A stretch of 64,000 nt of DNA, taken from a virus (Duplodnaviria > Caudoviricetes). The notes beneath the pieces are model-generated. The model searched no databases and was not told where the DNA came from. It worked only from the letters and a program-made list of their open reading frames with translations. Positions 50,001-61,300 of this stretch are shown here, piece by piece. Location of the stretch: the IMG/VR virus record IMGVR_UViG_2974731481_000001, positions 1-64,000 of that record; one strand, given 5' to 3'. Both the position numbers and the translations under genes were made by a program. Each line of letters starts with the position of its first letter. Position 1 is the stretch's first letter.

Positions 50001-52262
50001 GCTAGTGATAATGTTTCAGACCAACCTATGAACGGTTTTGCTAATCGTATTAATTGTAAGTTTGAAATAAACATTGGTGATAAGTCTTGGAACTATGATT
50101 CATTTAATGAGTTTATTCTTAATAATAATCTTGTTAAACTGAATACTAAACCAGCATCTGATGGTCGTAGTAATTATGAACGTAGAGGTCAAAGAAGTCA
50201 AGCTGCTAATCAAGTATTTGAAATAAAGATTACTAAAGCAACTACCACCCCCGTAGAAAATAATGCACAACAGCAAGTTTCTTCTGCTCCTGCTACACAA
50301 AGCACACCTACTCTTAGTATTTCAGATAAAGCAATGAATATACTTAATGGTACTACTTCTACTACTAACAAAGGTGTTGCTCTCGTAGAACTGTTTTTTG
50401 ACAAAAATAAGTTAAACTTGTTAGAAAGTTTGGATATATTACCAAAAAGTATTACTTTTGACCCTGAATATAATAATAAACCTGGTAATGAAAATTACAA
50501 TGCAGAAGTTAATCCTCGTACTGGTGAAGTAACTATTGGTCAAAAATGGGTTAATATATTCAATAATCCTATTACTAGACCACAAGCTATTCGTAAACTT
50601 ATACATGAACAACTACATTATAAACTTCATAATAAGCGTGGTTATGTTCGTAGTGCTAAAGAAATATATAACGAATTTAAAGCAGCACTTGATGCTGAAG
50701 GTGTTCCAGCAGATGGACACATGCGAGCTTATTTGTTTGAACATCTTCCTGAAGATGAAGCTCTTGAAGAGTTTTTAGTTGAAACTTTAACTAGTCAAGA
50801 ACTTGCTAATAAACTTAATAGCATTGATGCTCAAGGTTATGATAAGAAAAGTTCTAGAAATCTTTTACAGAAAGTATTAGAACTTATGAGTAAAGTTTTT
50901 GGTTGGGGAGTTCGTAAAGGTAGTCTTTATGAAAAAGAACTTTATACTCTTCGTCAAAACTTTAATGAAAATTCTAATAAAAAAGATTATACTATAACTG
51001 GTGATGCTGAATATTCTGTTACAAAAAAAGATAATATAAAAATTTTCACAATTAAAGGTTATCCTACAAATAAAATTAGTAAAACTAGTGATAAAATTAA
51101 ATATGCATCTTATACTTTACAGTCTGATTTAATAATTAACGAAAATTATGAATATTTTAATGAAATAGATACATTTGTAGTTAAAACTATAAGAGAAAAT
51201 GAATCTAATGGTATAGTAGTAGCTGATGGTATTATAATGTTAAAAGATGGCACTAAATTTGAAGTTACTGTTAAATTAAAAAATAATCCTTTAACTAATA
51301 ATACACAAGATATTCTTGATGGTAAAGTCACAGTTGATACATATAAGAATCAAAATGGAACAAATACTACCACACAAGCACCAGTTGCTACTCCTACTGT
51401 AGTTCCTCCTATAACTTCTAGTAAACCTAGTCAGTTTGGAACTAAAAATAGTAGTAGACTTCGTGGTAAATTTAAAAGTAGTGTTACTGAAATTAGTAAT
51501 AATGATTCAACTTATTCTAATGAAATGCAAACTATAAAAGAACAAGCTATTGCTAATGGAACTTTTATGAAAGCTCCTAATGGTAAACCTACTAATCTTA
51601 CTGAAAGACAGTGGCTGCAAGTTAGAACTAAGAATTTTATTAATTGGTTTGGTGATTGGATTAACGATTCTGCTAATGCTTCAAAAGTAGTAGATGAAAA
51701 TGGTGAACCTTTAGTCGTTTATCATGGTACTACTACTCCAGATATTACTAAATTTGATTTAGCTAAAACACAAAGTGGTGAAGCATTTTGGTTTGCTAAT
51801 ATGGAAGCACAAAAAGGAGTATTCTATTCAAATCAAGATGATGAAAATCTGATAATGATGCCTTTATTTGTAAATATGAAAACACCACTATTAAATGATG
51901 CTGATTCTATGGAATCTTATGCCACAGATGAAACTCATGATGGAGGTCTGGTATTAGGAAAAATAGGTGATTTAAAAAATAGTTTTTCAGAAGAAGAATA
52001 TCAGGAATTATTAAACAAAGGTTTAAATGATGATAGTTATTTAGCTGCTGGAAATGTTGCAAATCCAAATCAATTAAAATCAGCTACTGATAATATAGGT
52101 GCTTTTTCTACTATTAATGATAATATTCGTCATAGTTCTATAACAGAACATACTGCTAAAGTAGCTTCTATTTCTACCTTTACAGACAGATTGCCAGTAT
52201 CACAACAAGCCAAATTTGCCACTATGGTAGGTCAAGGTAACATTAAAATATCTTGTATGTAG
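44013..52262 (+). CDS. Giant polyvalent virion protein with zincin and ART-PolyVal-like domains
   Basis: 2749 aa; HEQLH (50604-50618) with EEFLVE; C-terminal KAPNGKPTNL...NWFGDW...SKVVDENGEPLVVYHGT...NQLKSATDN. Confidence 0.8.
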   Translation: MDVLNFINNGGQKTIPNPNYNPKSKKNIQPPTITVADLDPERNSAVDMAVYDFNRQYSIGAKEADVYRKAGLNWNPWENLDKQIVEQQGALSKFGNALAQTVVSEVGLGTLIGITDLFDMIGQAVGLSDPNYQNAASKYLTEKQEEFKEATKIWVDPDKNIANGGLTDAGWWASNIPSIASSLTLLIPSTGVTKGLSWAGKASKLSRFTRNAVRALSGAERRLKYARELRAAGATAEEIQAASKLTKMQRFLNSSSTISAINLFLENGTTAALSRAMENYQEARQTYNDMYANASETFKNMSDEEYAKVVERSQDIITANGVDSNDRDAVAKAIAKESADKTFQIDWLNVGWDVLQMYGLRNAWKGLKNAPDNPVAVRRANLDAAKYFGKSADEIAKLKAQRTFSEKFGEKLSDFMYSSKLTIGAKLSEGAEEALNYVAQQEGMSFGKVLLGQEQKSNFDTRLAKYIQSPEMYDAAFWGVIGGVVFQGLGSQFRRLSNKLTENKRANNESKQSLPWYQLDELPEIKRRKAEIEARGIDFETYASHLKKIEEDNIDIYHPNTDGTERKFETESEKQAAKEKLKNEYITKMTLRAMNSGNLDMFKEFMANDDVRKGMVARGIFGTASETKSEQDIENESKTYIENALRQINQVEEQYDEEIAALDSAATSINSGKLNDEDGLNDRKKRLKASTFDTIPVEYLQIMAVENVKARTEIVNLRTEEAATEQRIAELLNTPGVQENLDENVDYRNSLKLAVITRELGQLRAERTSLMQDESKNLSNTLAIENIDKNISALEDQLNDVELVYATGIALQFVSDGNGKYHQEATAESVAYQDAMITRSVGKELGEVLNIPGLEYLSERSRTTLGDEKIAQEKIADQNVQSAISTLRNVSPELSSAYQEIAAIQTRLDFANNDIVRTVDQVKHQAAILNNTMNEARKTAIIGANKILLDMYRKYGNKVLDAIYDKYHIKGSDTQFDRTTANMTNEEKQNLSDAIDVLDLTNDSNKALFDVILERFAMEDAIRASRKEETNNEESQSSVIIEDTISDTENAKADNSSSYTTKAVSGQGNEQISGVGTPINPQEIENRTPTYYTKFYGDKKGNFTSGRHANTDEDNSSIAVYDNEDGTFTLDVRGNKQNLNDTRFFSNADEVDLTRLFEVKSKPIAVRNKKGKFVISEPGRLVNTDTAEYQQRQEEKAQQEQVQQEGSQEVQNEETSGTQAAPATTESAPATETPATTPSEEGLTSVTQPTTSSTGEQKQNSNTNIFDSVGTTSEMNPKKLKDNNSIGKTNQIIAANWDAYKEEYDEYKRTGNKSKMSSTRNVKPEDTIKFFEDYYAHQQKLVDAKPVTTEKTKSFEEVVNQAPDWDTINNDALSKFIPAAKANHDIDLEAMANKLISEYVAKGADRTIAELGVTKAKEIIQRQLARLKANNKEITMRSSIDEVLIAQSTITEVISDTEAVKAYKEAVKQMIAQYAKEVGLEELDGKLYINLEDLLRYTNTSTNDRTTSAALFESMKQWLSSFEAKEKYIVTDEAETNKENFIENTQKSAEERYLERLADTSVQRVDIQTYVHNLTDPNDVNTFYDALDALQPGMGLATKVVGSIIHVLDGQNRVVGTMPIPRVNVTTGAYEMYNDGWKTDVDVRNGSTVSALKDLFTQWLTSKDANAKQLNSIIFQLAYTNPNIETKNKLYSQLENNPLWQAAKSRRFMADNATTKELANGLVKLWKFAKPSSNASTTVQNIQIKRSINAWFDKLKHSYDAVSALANGGGLNVSVATISDGELVRAGETKAEAEANALPVDKAIAGGVNPTIHKIAVSDSIIDGQLNVAGAPNLKFPGVGKGNTFVILPNRSGRPGYAHAYPAEVTADYIGQDAKDILKAVHNEITKVINDYNNDKTADNYNKLKTFFKQLLYNKDGNRSLFDGVVYSETSNGFSIGIPGTNMYVKFHETGRYGGPAIYAFVGEDNKNIPYDKPRLHQAINNIINNMKFKLSYAYIASDNVSDQPMNGFANRINCKFEINIGDKSWNYDSFNEFILNNNLVKLNTKPASDGRSNYERRGQRSQAANQVFEIKITKATTTPVENNAQQQVSSAPATQSTPTLSISDKAMNILNGTTSTTNKGVALVELFFDKNKLNLLESLDILPKSITFDPEYNNKPGNENYNAEVNPRTGEVTIGQKWVNIFNNPITRPQAIRKLIHEQLHYKLHNKRGYVRSAKEIYNEFKAALDAEGVPADGHMRAYLFEHLPEDEALEEFLVETLTSQELANKLNSIDAQGYDKKSSRNLLQKVLELMSKVFGWGVRKGSLYEKELYTLRQNFNENSNKKDYTITGDAEYSVTKKDNIKIFTIKGYPTNKISKTSDKIKYASYTLQSDLIINENYEYFNEIDTFVVKTIRENESNGIVVADGIIMLKDGTKFEVTVKLKNNPLTNNTQDILDGKVTVDTYKNQNGTNTTTQAPVATPTVVPPITSSKPSQFGTKNSSRLRGKFKSSVTEISNNDSTYSNEMQTIKEQAIANGTFMKAPNGKPTNLTERQWLQVRTKNFINWFGDWINDSANASKVVDENGEPLVVYHGTTTPDITKFDLAKTQSGEAFWFANMEAQKGVFYSNQDDENLIMMPLFVNMKTPLLNDADSMESYATDETHDGGLVLGKIGDLKNSFSEEEYQELLNKGLNDDSYLAAGNVANPNQLKSATDNIGAFSTINDNIRHSSITEHTAKVASISTFTDRLPVSQQAKFATMVGQGNIKISCM

Positions 52263-52340
52263 TATTGTTCATCTAACAAAATAAAGTCGCTCAAATCGAC
52301 CAAAAATATATTATAGTTAATTTAATTTATTAATACTATT

Positions 52341-55300
52341 ATGAGTTGTAAAATTCAAGTTAATCACAGTAGTATTACAGAACAACTTAGAAATGAGGTT
52401 GGAACGAATGAAGTTTTGTTCCAATCTTATTTCTCTGAAGTTATATCTGAAGATGAATTTACTTCAGAGTTTAACGATTGGTGTAATACTCGTCTTGGTA
52501 AAACATTTGACGTTAATAATAGCGATACAGCTGCTGAGGCAGTAGAAGCTATCAAACGTTATTATAATGAAAATCATCCAGACATTAATTATTCTTCTCG
52601 TATCCAAAATGATGCTACTAATGTAGGTCATTTTGGATATAACAGTATTGCGTCTAGAGAGTTTGCTAAACGAGTTGCTGCTAACTTTATGTTAGACTTC
52701 TATCATCAACTTGCTCATGATTTTCATGAAAAGATTGAAGGTAGTAAAAAAGCATATTTTGCAGATGCTGTTACAGGACGTATGGAAGAAATAATAGCAG
52801 AACGTCTATCAGCTATTACTAATATGTCTGAAGATGATATCTATGAAATAATTGATGAAGGAAATATTTCTAAACTTGAAGAATTGTTTGGTGATAATAC
52901 TTCTATTCAGAATAAAAATCTTCTTGCAGTATACAAAGAAATGATTGCTAATAGAGAAGGTTTCTTTACTGAAGTGTTTAGAGATAGTCGTCTTGGAGAT
53001 TTACGTTTTGAGTCAGATGATGATATGTCAGAAACTGGTACATATGAATCAACTGATGAACAACAAGAAGGAGATGATAATACTCCAACTAATGAAGATG
53101 AGAATAAATCTCAAACAGATGATAAGAATAATTCTATTAAAGAACTTAATGAAAAACTTGGAGACTATAATAACTTTATGACTCATGTTGATATGAGTGT
53201 TAGAAGTTATCTTAATAGTCTTAAAAAGCTTAATAGTGAAATAGGTTTTGATGGTCATTATGATTTCGATTTAAATAATGACCTTGGTTTACCTGATACT
53301 ATGAATGCTGATGAATGTTGTGCAGTTCTTTATAGTTATGGAGATTTTACTAATCTAAAATCTATGATTGTTAGTATTCGTGAAATAGCTAAAAACATTC
53401 CTGGTTTTACTGCTTTCCATCAAATGGCAGATTATCTTGAAGAAAATGGAGATTTTGCTTATGAGATATATCGTACATTTGGTAAGACTGTAATTAGTAA
53501 ACTAGAAACTGTAATGGACGGAGATAAAGGTAAAAGTAGAACTAGTAATAGGTCTGCTGATAAACTTACAAGTCTTCGTTTTGAGTATCTCAATAGTGCA
53601 AAAGCTACAAGTATTCTTCTTGATGATATAAGTAGTAAAAATATTTATAATGAATTATATCAAGATATTCAAAGTTTTAAGAGTCTATATGAAGATTCTA
53701 AAACAATGTCTACTGAAGAAGCAATGGATATTGCTGATTTGATGGCTATAAACGATGAACTTGATAAACAAAAGAAAGATCTTGTTGCTAAGATTTCTTC
53801 ACAACTTCGTAGATATTATCCTACTATAGAAGATACCGCTATTGCTAATTACATTTCAAACGCACATGATGAAGATGTAGTTGGCAATCTTCTTAATTTA
53901 GCTCAACGACTTAAAGAAACTATTGATGCTAGTTATCTTACACAGCAACAATATAATAGTCGTAAAGCAGAACTTGGTAGAGCTTGGGCTTTTAATAAAA
54001 AACTTGCACAAGATAAAGCAGAAGGTCTTCGTATGTCAGAAGAACCTAAAGATATGACTGATTTATATGCTGTAGATTATGTTGATCCTGCTACTCAAGC
54101 AGCAGCATTTAATCTTGCTAACGAATTAGTTAAATATACTATGGTTAAAACTGAACTTAACTCTCGTAATGTTCACGGTAACCAATCTTCTGATGTGATT
54201 AATAATAGTATGATAACAAACGTTATTAATACGCTTAAATCACAAACTGCTCTTGAAAACTTTGGTAAATATAAAGGACAATCTCGTCAATATGATTTCA
54301 GTAACATTATGATTGAACATTGGAATTATAAAAAAGATGAGAATGGTAATATATTAAAGGATAAAGATGGTAATCCTATTAAAGATGGAAAACAACCTAT
54401 AAATTACGGTTTGTTTACTCAAAATCCTGAAACAAAAGAACTTACTCCTACTCCTTATGCACAGCGTTTGATTAGAACAAGACTATTTAGTGGTGCTAGT
54501 GACATTATTACATCAAGTAATGTTCTTTATTCAGAAATGAGTAAAGGCGATTATGTTGCTACATCATTTCTTAATTTCTTTAATGTAGAAGAAAGCACAG
54601 AACCTGTTTCTGATAAAATTAGTATAAAGTTTGCTAATTACTTTATGCGTATTCCTTCAGATGCTCCTAAAAACTTTATTATGACTGCACCTAAATATAG
54701 TGTTGGTGAAAGTCGTGTTGGAGCTAATGATGGTTTATTTAGAATTGAGAATAAAGTTGAGGCTGATAAGAAGATTTATCAGCAAATAAACGGTATTGCT
54801 ACAGTTGGAGAAGAATATGCTGCTCTTGAAGGTAATGCAGTTAAACGTTCTCTTAATCAACTTATTCATAATGTAACTTCAAGAAACATAAATAACATTG
54901 TTCTTCAAAATAAGAAAGCTATATTTGAAGAAAACCCTAAAGTTGGAGATAAAGTTAATGTAACTTTTGATTATACTTCTAAAGACGGAGTATCAACACA
55001 ATATGTTCTTGAAGGAACTCTTGCTAATGAAAACGGTAGACTTGTATTACAAGCACCAGAATTTAAAGGTTTTGTTGGTGATACAAAATCTTCTGATGTT
55101 AATACAAGTTTATTTAATCATTTCCAAAAGAAACTTATTAAGAGTGGTGACATAAAGCGTAGTATTAATACAAATCATCCTATTTATCAACAATTCCGTC
55201 AAGTATTTGTACAAGAACTTAATGATGCTGCTACGGCACTTGATAGATTCTTTGTTACAAAAAATGGTATGGTTAAATTAGATGATAATATTGATTCTCC

Positions 55301-58300
55301 TACCTATGGTCAACCTATATTTAGAGAAGGATTTGATAATAGTAAAGCTACTACAAGAAAATTGTATGCTGGCTATCATGTTGGTAAAGGAAAGAATATT
55401 CTTTCTATTGATGACAATGGTAAAGCTCATTTAACAGGTGCTGTATTTACTAGTGATAGATTTAAGATTACTAAAACTAATAAAGATGGTTCTGTTACTG
55501 AACGAAACTATGGTCAAGAAATATTGGATGAAGCTGTGGATTTCCTTTACGGGGGAGCTAATGGAAAGTATGTCCAAACTACTCGTAGTGATAATGGTGT
55601 TAGTGTAGTACTTAACGATGAACAAGAAGCTGCTATTGAACAAAAGCTTACTGAGTTTATTAATGATTATGTAGCAGATACTCAAGATAGAATGGAACAA
55701 TATGAAGATTTTATTCCTTCTTATCTTATGAGTGACAATAATGTTGCTGAATTTGCTCTTAATCATCATCTTATGTATATCAACTTCAATGACTTATTTG
55801 AGGGTGATACTAAGTTTTATAAAGATACACAAACATTCCTTAAGCGTGCTAAAGAAGCACAAGGTTCAGGTGTTCCTTATGGTATTGTAGATTATAATAT
55901 GGATTTATCTGCACCTAGAACTACTATTCCTAGTCATTTGAATACAAAAACTTTTGAACGTACTCTTGCTGATGGTAGTAAAGCAGTTTTAAATCAAAAA
56001 GCTTATGATGATGCTATAGCACAAGGAATGTCAGAAAAAGAGGCTAAACGAGTAGCAAATATGATTACTCAAACTAATAAGTTTAGAGGAGTAACTATTA
56101 AAAATACTATTCGTACAAGCCAAGAAGTAGCAGTTAAAGGTGAAAATGGTGCTAAACAAGATGGTGCTGTCACTAAGAAACTTATTGAAGCTCTTCGTGC
56201 TTCAGGTATGACAGTAAAAGATGCTACAGATAAAGCTCGTCAAATGATATTGGGCTATCATGGTACTACTGTAAATGATGCTCAATCTTACATTACATTT
56301 GAAGAGTGGGTTCGTCGTGTATCTGCCCGTGGTCAACTTGAAAAGTATATGCCTTTAATTGAGGCTATTCTTGATGAAAGTAAACCATTAGATGCTAAAA
56401 CTATAGGTGAATTTGTTCAAGTACAAAAGAATTTCTATTATGATCAACATTATAATGCTGAATTAGGAGTTATTGCTCCTCGTCAGATTAAGAATGCTGA
56501 ATTTGTTCTTGTTCCTCGTCTTATTGAAGGTACTCAACTTGAACAAGTTTATAATCTCATGCGAGATAATGGTATTGACCAATTGAATACTGAAGAAACT
56601 TCTAAAGCAGGTAAAGCTAATGTATTAACTCTTTGGGATAACGATGGTAATCTTACTCAAGAAAACATTGATGACTTTAATGCTAATGCAGCTCAAGCGA
56701 CTGAATTGTATAATTATAATTATCTGTATACTCAACAAGAAACTCCTCAGCATCTTGATGCAGAGAATAAAGCTGGTATTCAAATTATGAAGAAGATTCT
56801 TGATAATATTGATTCTACTAGTCCTCTTTGGGAAACTAAACAACATTTCTTCCGTCTTTATTCTGAAAACATCAAAGACAGTTTTGCTGAATTAATGGAT
56901 GAATTCCAACTTGAAACTGATGAAAACGGTAATCTTAAACTTGATAAAGATGGAAATATTCAAGGTTTAGATTATCAATTATTTTTTACTAGATTGCAAG
57001 AAGAAGTTGCTCGACTAGGACTTGATAGTAATATGTTAGATTATGTTACACTTGATGATACTCAAGTAAGTGATAAATCTAATAATAGTCCTCTTACTGG
57101 AGCTATTACTAAAATGCCTACTTATATGAGTAATGTTTCAACAAAACTTGAAAGTATTGCTCAAAGTTTGTTTAATAGTAGAATTACTCGTCAGAAACTT
57201 CCTGGTTTCCATGCTGCTCAGATTACTAATGTAGGATGGCACGCTATGAGTGATACTGTTCAAAAGAGAACTTATAGTAAAGACCTTAAGTACCATCCTG
57301 ATGGTAAACCTTATGTGGAAATAATGCTTCCTAAAAGTGCTTTTAATCTTAAATATGAAAAGTCTGATGGAACTTTAAAAACTGATGAAGAACTTCTTGA
57401 AGAAATTCAAAATGCAAAAATTGATGAAGTAATTGGTTATCGTATTCCTACTGAAGGTAAACAATCAGTATGTATAATGAAAGTTGTTGGTTTTACTGAT
57501 GACGCTCTCGGTTCTACTATTGTTGTACCTGATGACTGGGTTTCTCAAACAGGTTCTGATTTTGATATTGACTCTGTATATGGTATTAACTATTCTACTT
57601 ACATTGATGAAAATGGTGTAGTTCAAAAGAAAGAATATCATAAAGAAGCTACTAATACTGATTGGTTACGTTATCTTACAAAGAAGAAAAAAGATACTAT
57701 TTTTAATGCAGTCTTTAAATCTGTAATGAAAGAAGAAGCTGATGCTTATCATAATGTTACAGATAAAGTAAGACCTATAATTAAAGAAGTACAAGCTCCT
57801 TATGTAGAAGAACGTAAAGCAGAAGGTAGTAAAGTTAATGGTCGAGAAAGTTTTATTAATCAGATTAATGCTGTTATTAAACGTCTTAACCAAGAACTTG
57901 AAGATGCTTCTTATACTGAAGAAGAAAAAGCTAATATTCAAGAATTTATTGATAAATGTGATACTCTTGCTACAATTCTTGATATAGAAAAGAAAACTCT
58001 AAGTACTAAAAAAGAAGAACGAGTTAATACTTTTATTGATAAGTATAAAAAAGAATTTAATAAGGCTGCTAAAGATAATAATATCACAACATATGATAAT
58101 ATAAATAGTATTCCTTCAGAACAGCGTAATACCAGAGATGCTAGAAATAATGAAATTCTTGCATCTATGATTGAAATTCTTTCTCATCCTGCTGCTTTGG
58201 AAGAAAACTTATCTCGTTCTAACTTCGATGATATCATTGATGCTCGCGACCAAGCAATTGATAAAAATATCGCTAAACGTCGTAAAGCTCGTAGTCCTTA

Positions 58301-61300
58301 TAATTTCTTAGACCAAGCTGATTATCAAGAAGATGTAATGAGTGGTGCTAAACTTAAAGCATTTAGTGTTACTCGTGATACTTTCTGTTCTATTTGTAAT
58401 ACAGTTCGTCCTAGATTATTTGAAAGTCATCAAGTTAAGGTTGTATATAGAGTAGTAGATGGTTATACTCTTAAGAATCTTAAAAAGTCTTTTAAAAATG
58501 TAGAAGAAATACAAGATGGTGTATTTGTGGTTACTCATGATACTTTTGGTTGGAGTAAAAATAACAAAAATGCTGCTGGTAAAATTCTTACTGCATATTC
58601 ATCTCAGACTACTGCTCATATTCTTGATGCTGTAAAGGAAGGAGCTATTCCTAATGTTAATGATTTGACTTTCCAAGTATATAAATTATTTCCTGATTTA
58701 GGTAGTGATTATAATACTGGTGTATCATTCATTATGCAACCTGGTATTAGTCGAATTGTAGCAGCTTATAATAGTAGTAAATCTATTTATAGTAGAGGTA
58801 AAAAGAATCCTATTCATGCTGCTATAAAGAGTGTTGCTAAAGAGCTTCTTGCTATGGATGGTATTAAAGTTACTGATAGAATGAGTGTAGATACTGTAAT
58901 TAATATGTTACAGCGTTATAATTCTGAACTTTCTTCAATATTCGGTGCAGGTGGTCAAAAATATAAAATTAGTTTAGAAGATAAAGAGGTTGCTAAACTT
59001 CTTATTTCAGGTAGTAGACTTAAAGAACGTCTTAAAAGTGAAGGTGTATTTGAAGGAAGCTCCCCCGTAGAAGAGAAGAGAAAGTTGCTTTTTGACCTTG
59101 GTACTATACTTCAGTATAATAAACTTTCACATTTAGGAAATTCTATTTCTGCTTATGCTAGAGTTTGTAATCCTGATAAGTTTGGTGCTAAGCAAACTAT
59201 ATTCTCTACTAATAAAGTATTTAGAGATATTAAGGATATTATAGCAGATGAAAATCCTGCTATGTATATTCCTGGTGCTACTAAAAATGATAGTAATAAA
59301 CATTTCCTTGAAGCTATTTATCCTGGTATAAGAGGAAGTCTTGAAGAGTTTATTCAAAGTTCTGATATGAATTCTGCTTATCCTCCTCTTCATTATTTCT
59401 TAAAATACGCTACTGCTACTTCTATTAAAGTAAATAGAACTCTGTTTGAAACACAAGACCCACGTTTTGTTGAAGAAATAATGAAACTTACTAATTCATT
59501 TAGTGGTGCTTATGCTAGAATGGATGAGAAAACTTATAAAGATTTTCAGAATTATGTTCTTAATTATCTTTATGGTAATACTCAAGCAGTTTCTTCTGCT
59601 ATAACTTATGTACCTGGTCAAGGTTTTATGGTAGTAGCAGATAGTAATAAAGAAGATGAACGTCGTAGAATATTTGGTTATGGTAAAGACCCTGATTTAC
59701 GTGTTCAAGATGAAAACGGAGATTTGATAGAATTTAGAGTAAAAGATATTAATAATCCTACTCAAAAGGAAATTGATGCTTTTGCTACTCTCAGTCCTGC
59801 TCAAAAAATTACTTGGATTCAAGGTCATTTTAGAGAAAGCGGTGTATTTAAATATATTAAAACTACTCTCTTTAATGAACGTCAATATAGAGCAAACAAA
59901 GCAGGTTCTCAAACTATAGAATTTGTTGAAGGAAATGCTAATATTGAAACTGTTTATAACGAATTTGAAAAGTGTTTCTTTAATGATAATCCTTTAGTTG
60001 CATTAGCAGCTCTTGATATAGTCAAATATGCTTTTGCTGTTGAAGGTTTTAAAATAAAAAGAAATGGTGTTAGTAAAGTTATTAAAAATTCAACATTATA
60101 TGAAGATCCTAAATTAGGAGGTACTGGTATTGTAACTGAATTAAATCATGCTATTGGTACTATAGCTGACGGTTCTATTGATATGTATATGCTTCGTGAC
60201 AGATTTGTTAGAAGTCATTCTACAATGTATCAAATAGAAACACATCGTGTTGAAAAGAATGATAAAAAGCAATATGAGTTATATCGTATGGACCATGGTA
60301 TAATTCATATTGAAATGCAATATGCTGATTCTACTGCACAAGAACTTGCTGAAAAGTATGGAATGATATATAAAGTAGGTGAGAAAAATAACTATGGTGT
60401 AAATAGATATGTAAAACTTCGTTTTGGTAAAGATACAGTTTTATATAAAATTAAAGAATACTATGGTGAAATAATTGCTTATCCTCTTAATACTCTTGAA
60501 GAAAATGAAACTGATGATTGGTCTGTAAATGTTCAAAACAATAAATATCCTGATAGTTCTTATTATGAGGAAATAATTGATGAATGGTATCATCCTGCTG
60601 AAGGAAGTACAACTACTTCTTTAAAGCAAATTATTGAATCTAAAAAAGACAGTCTTGCTAATCATAGATTTGTTAATAAAAATAGAACTACAATGTCTAC
60701 TTATGCTACAACATTTGATATAAATACTAAGAAAACAGTTGACACTGGTGGTTTTGAAGATGTAATAGATAAAGTTAATTCTTATTTTGCTCAGAATCCT
60801 AAAGGTAGACTTTATCTTAGAAGTGGAGCTTTAGCTAAGTATATAACTCACACTGGTCCTATTAATGGTAGTATTCAAACTATTAATGGTAAGGAATATC
60901 AAATTGTTAAAATGGACTTCAAGCGTTATAACGATATGTATATCGGAGAACGTAATAAAGACCGTGAAATTAAACGTGTTGATCCTCAAGTAAAAGAAAT
61001 AATCGAAAGAGCTAGAGATGGAGGTTATAGAGTAAGTGATGCTTTCTATATAGAACCTTATAAAGCTCCAGCTCCTAAAGATGAAACTCAAGAGGAAGAA
61101 GTTGAAGTAGTAAGACATTCTAGCGTTACTGAACTTGGAACTAATTCTATGAATGCAATGTATCGTAGACAAGTTTCAGAAGGTGACATCGAAGCTGGTA
61201 AAGCACTTAGTAGATTATATGAAAAAGATATTAAAGCTAAGGACGCGTCTGTTAAATTAAATCTTGGAGAAGTTATTAGTACTTCTGCAGAATATGTTAC

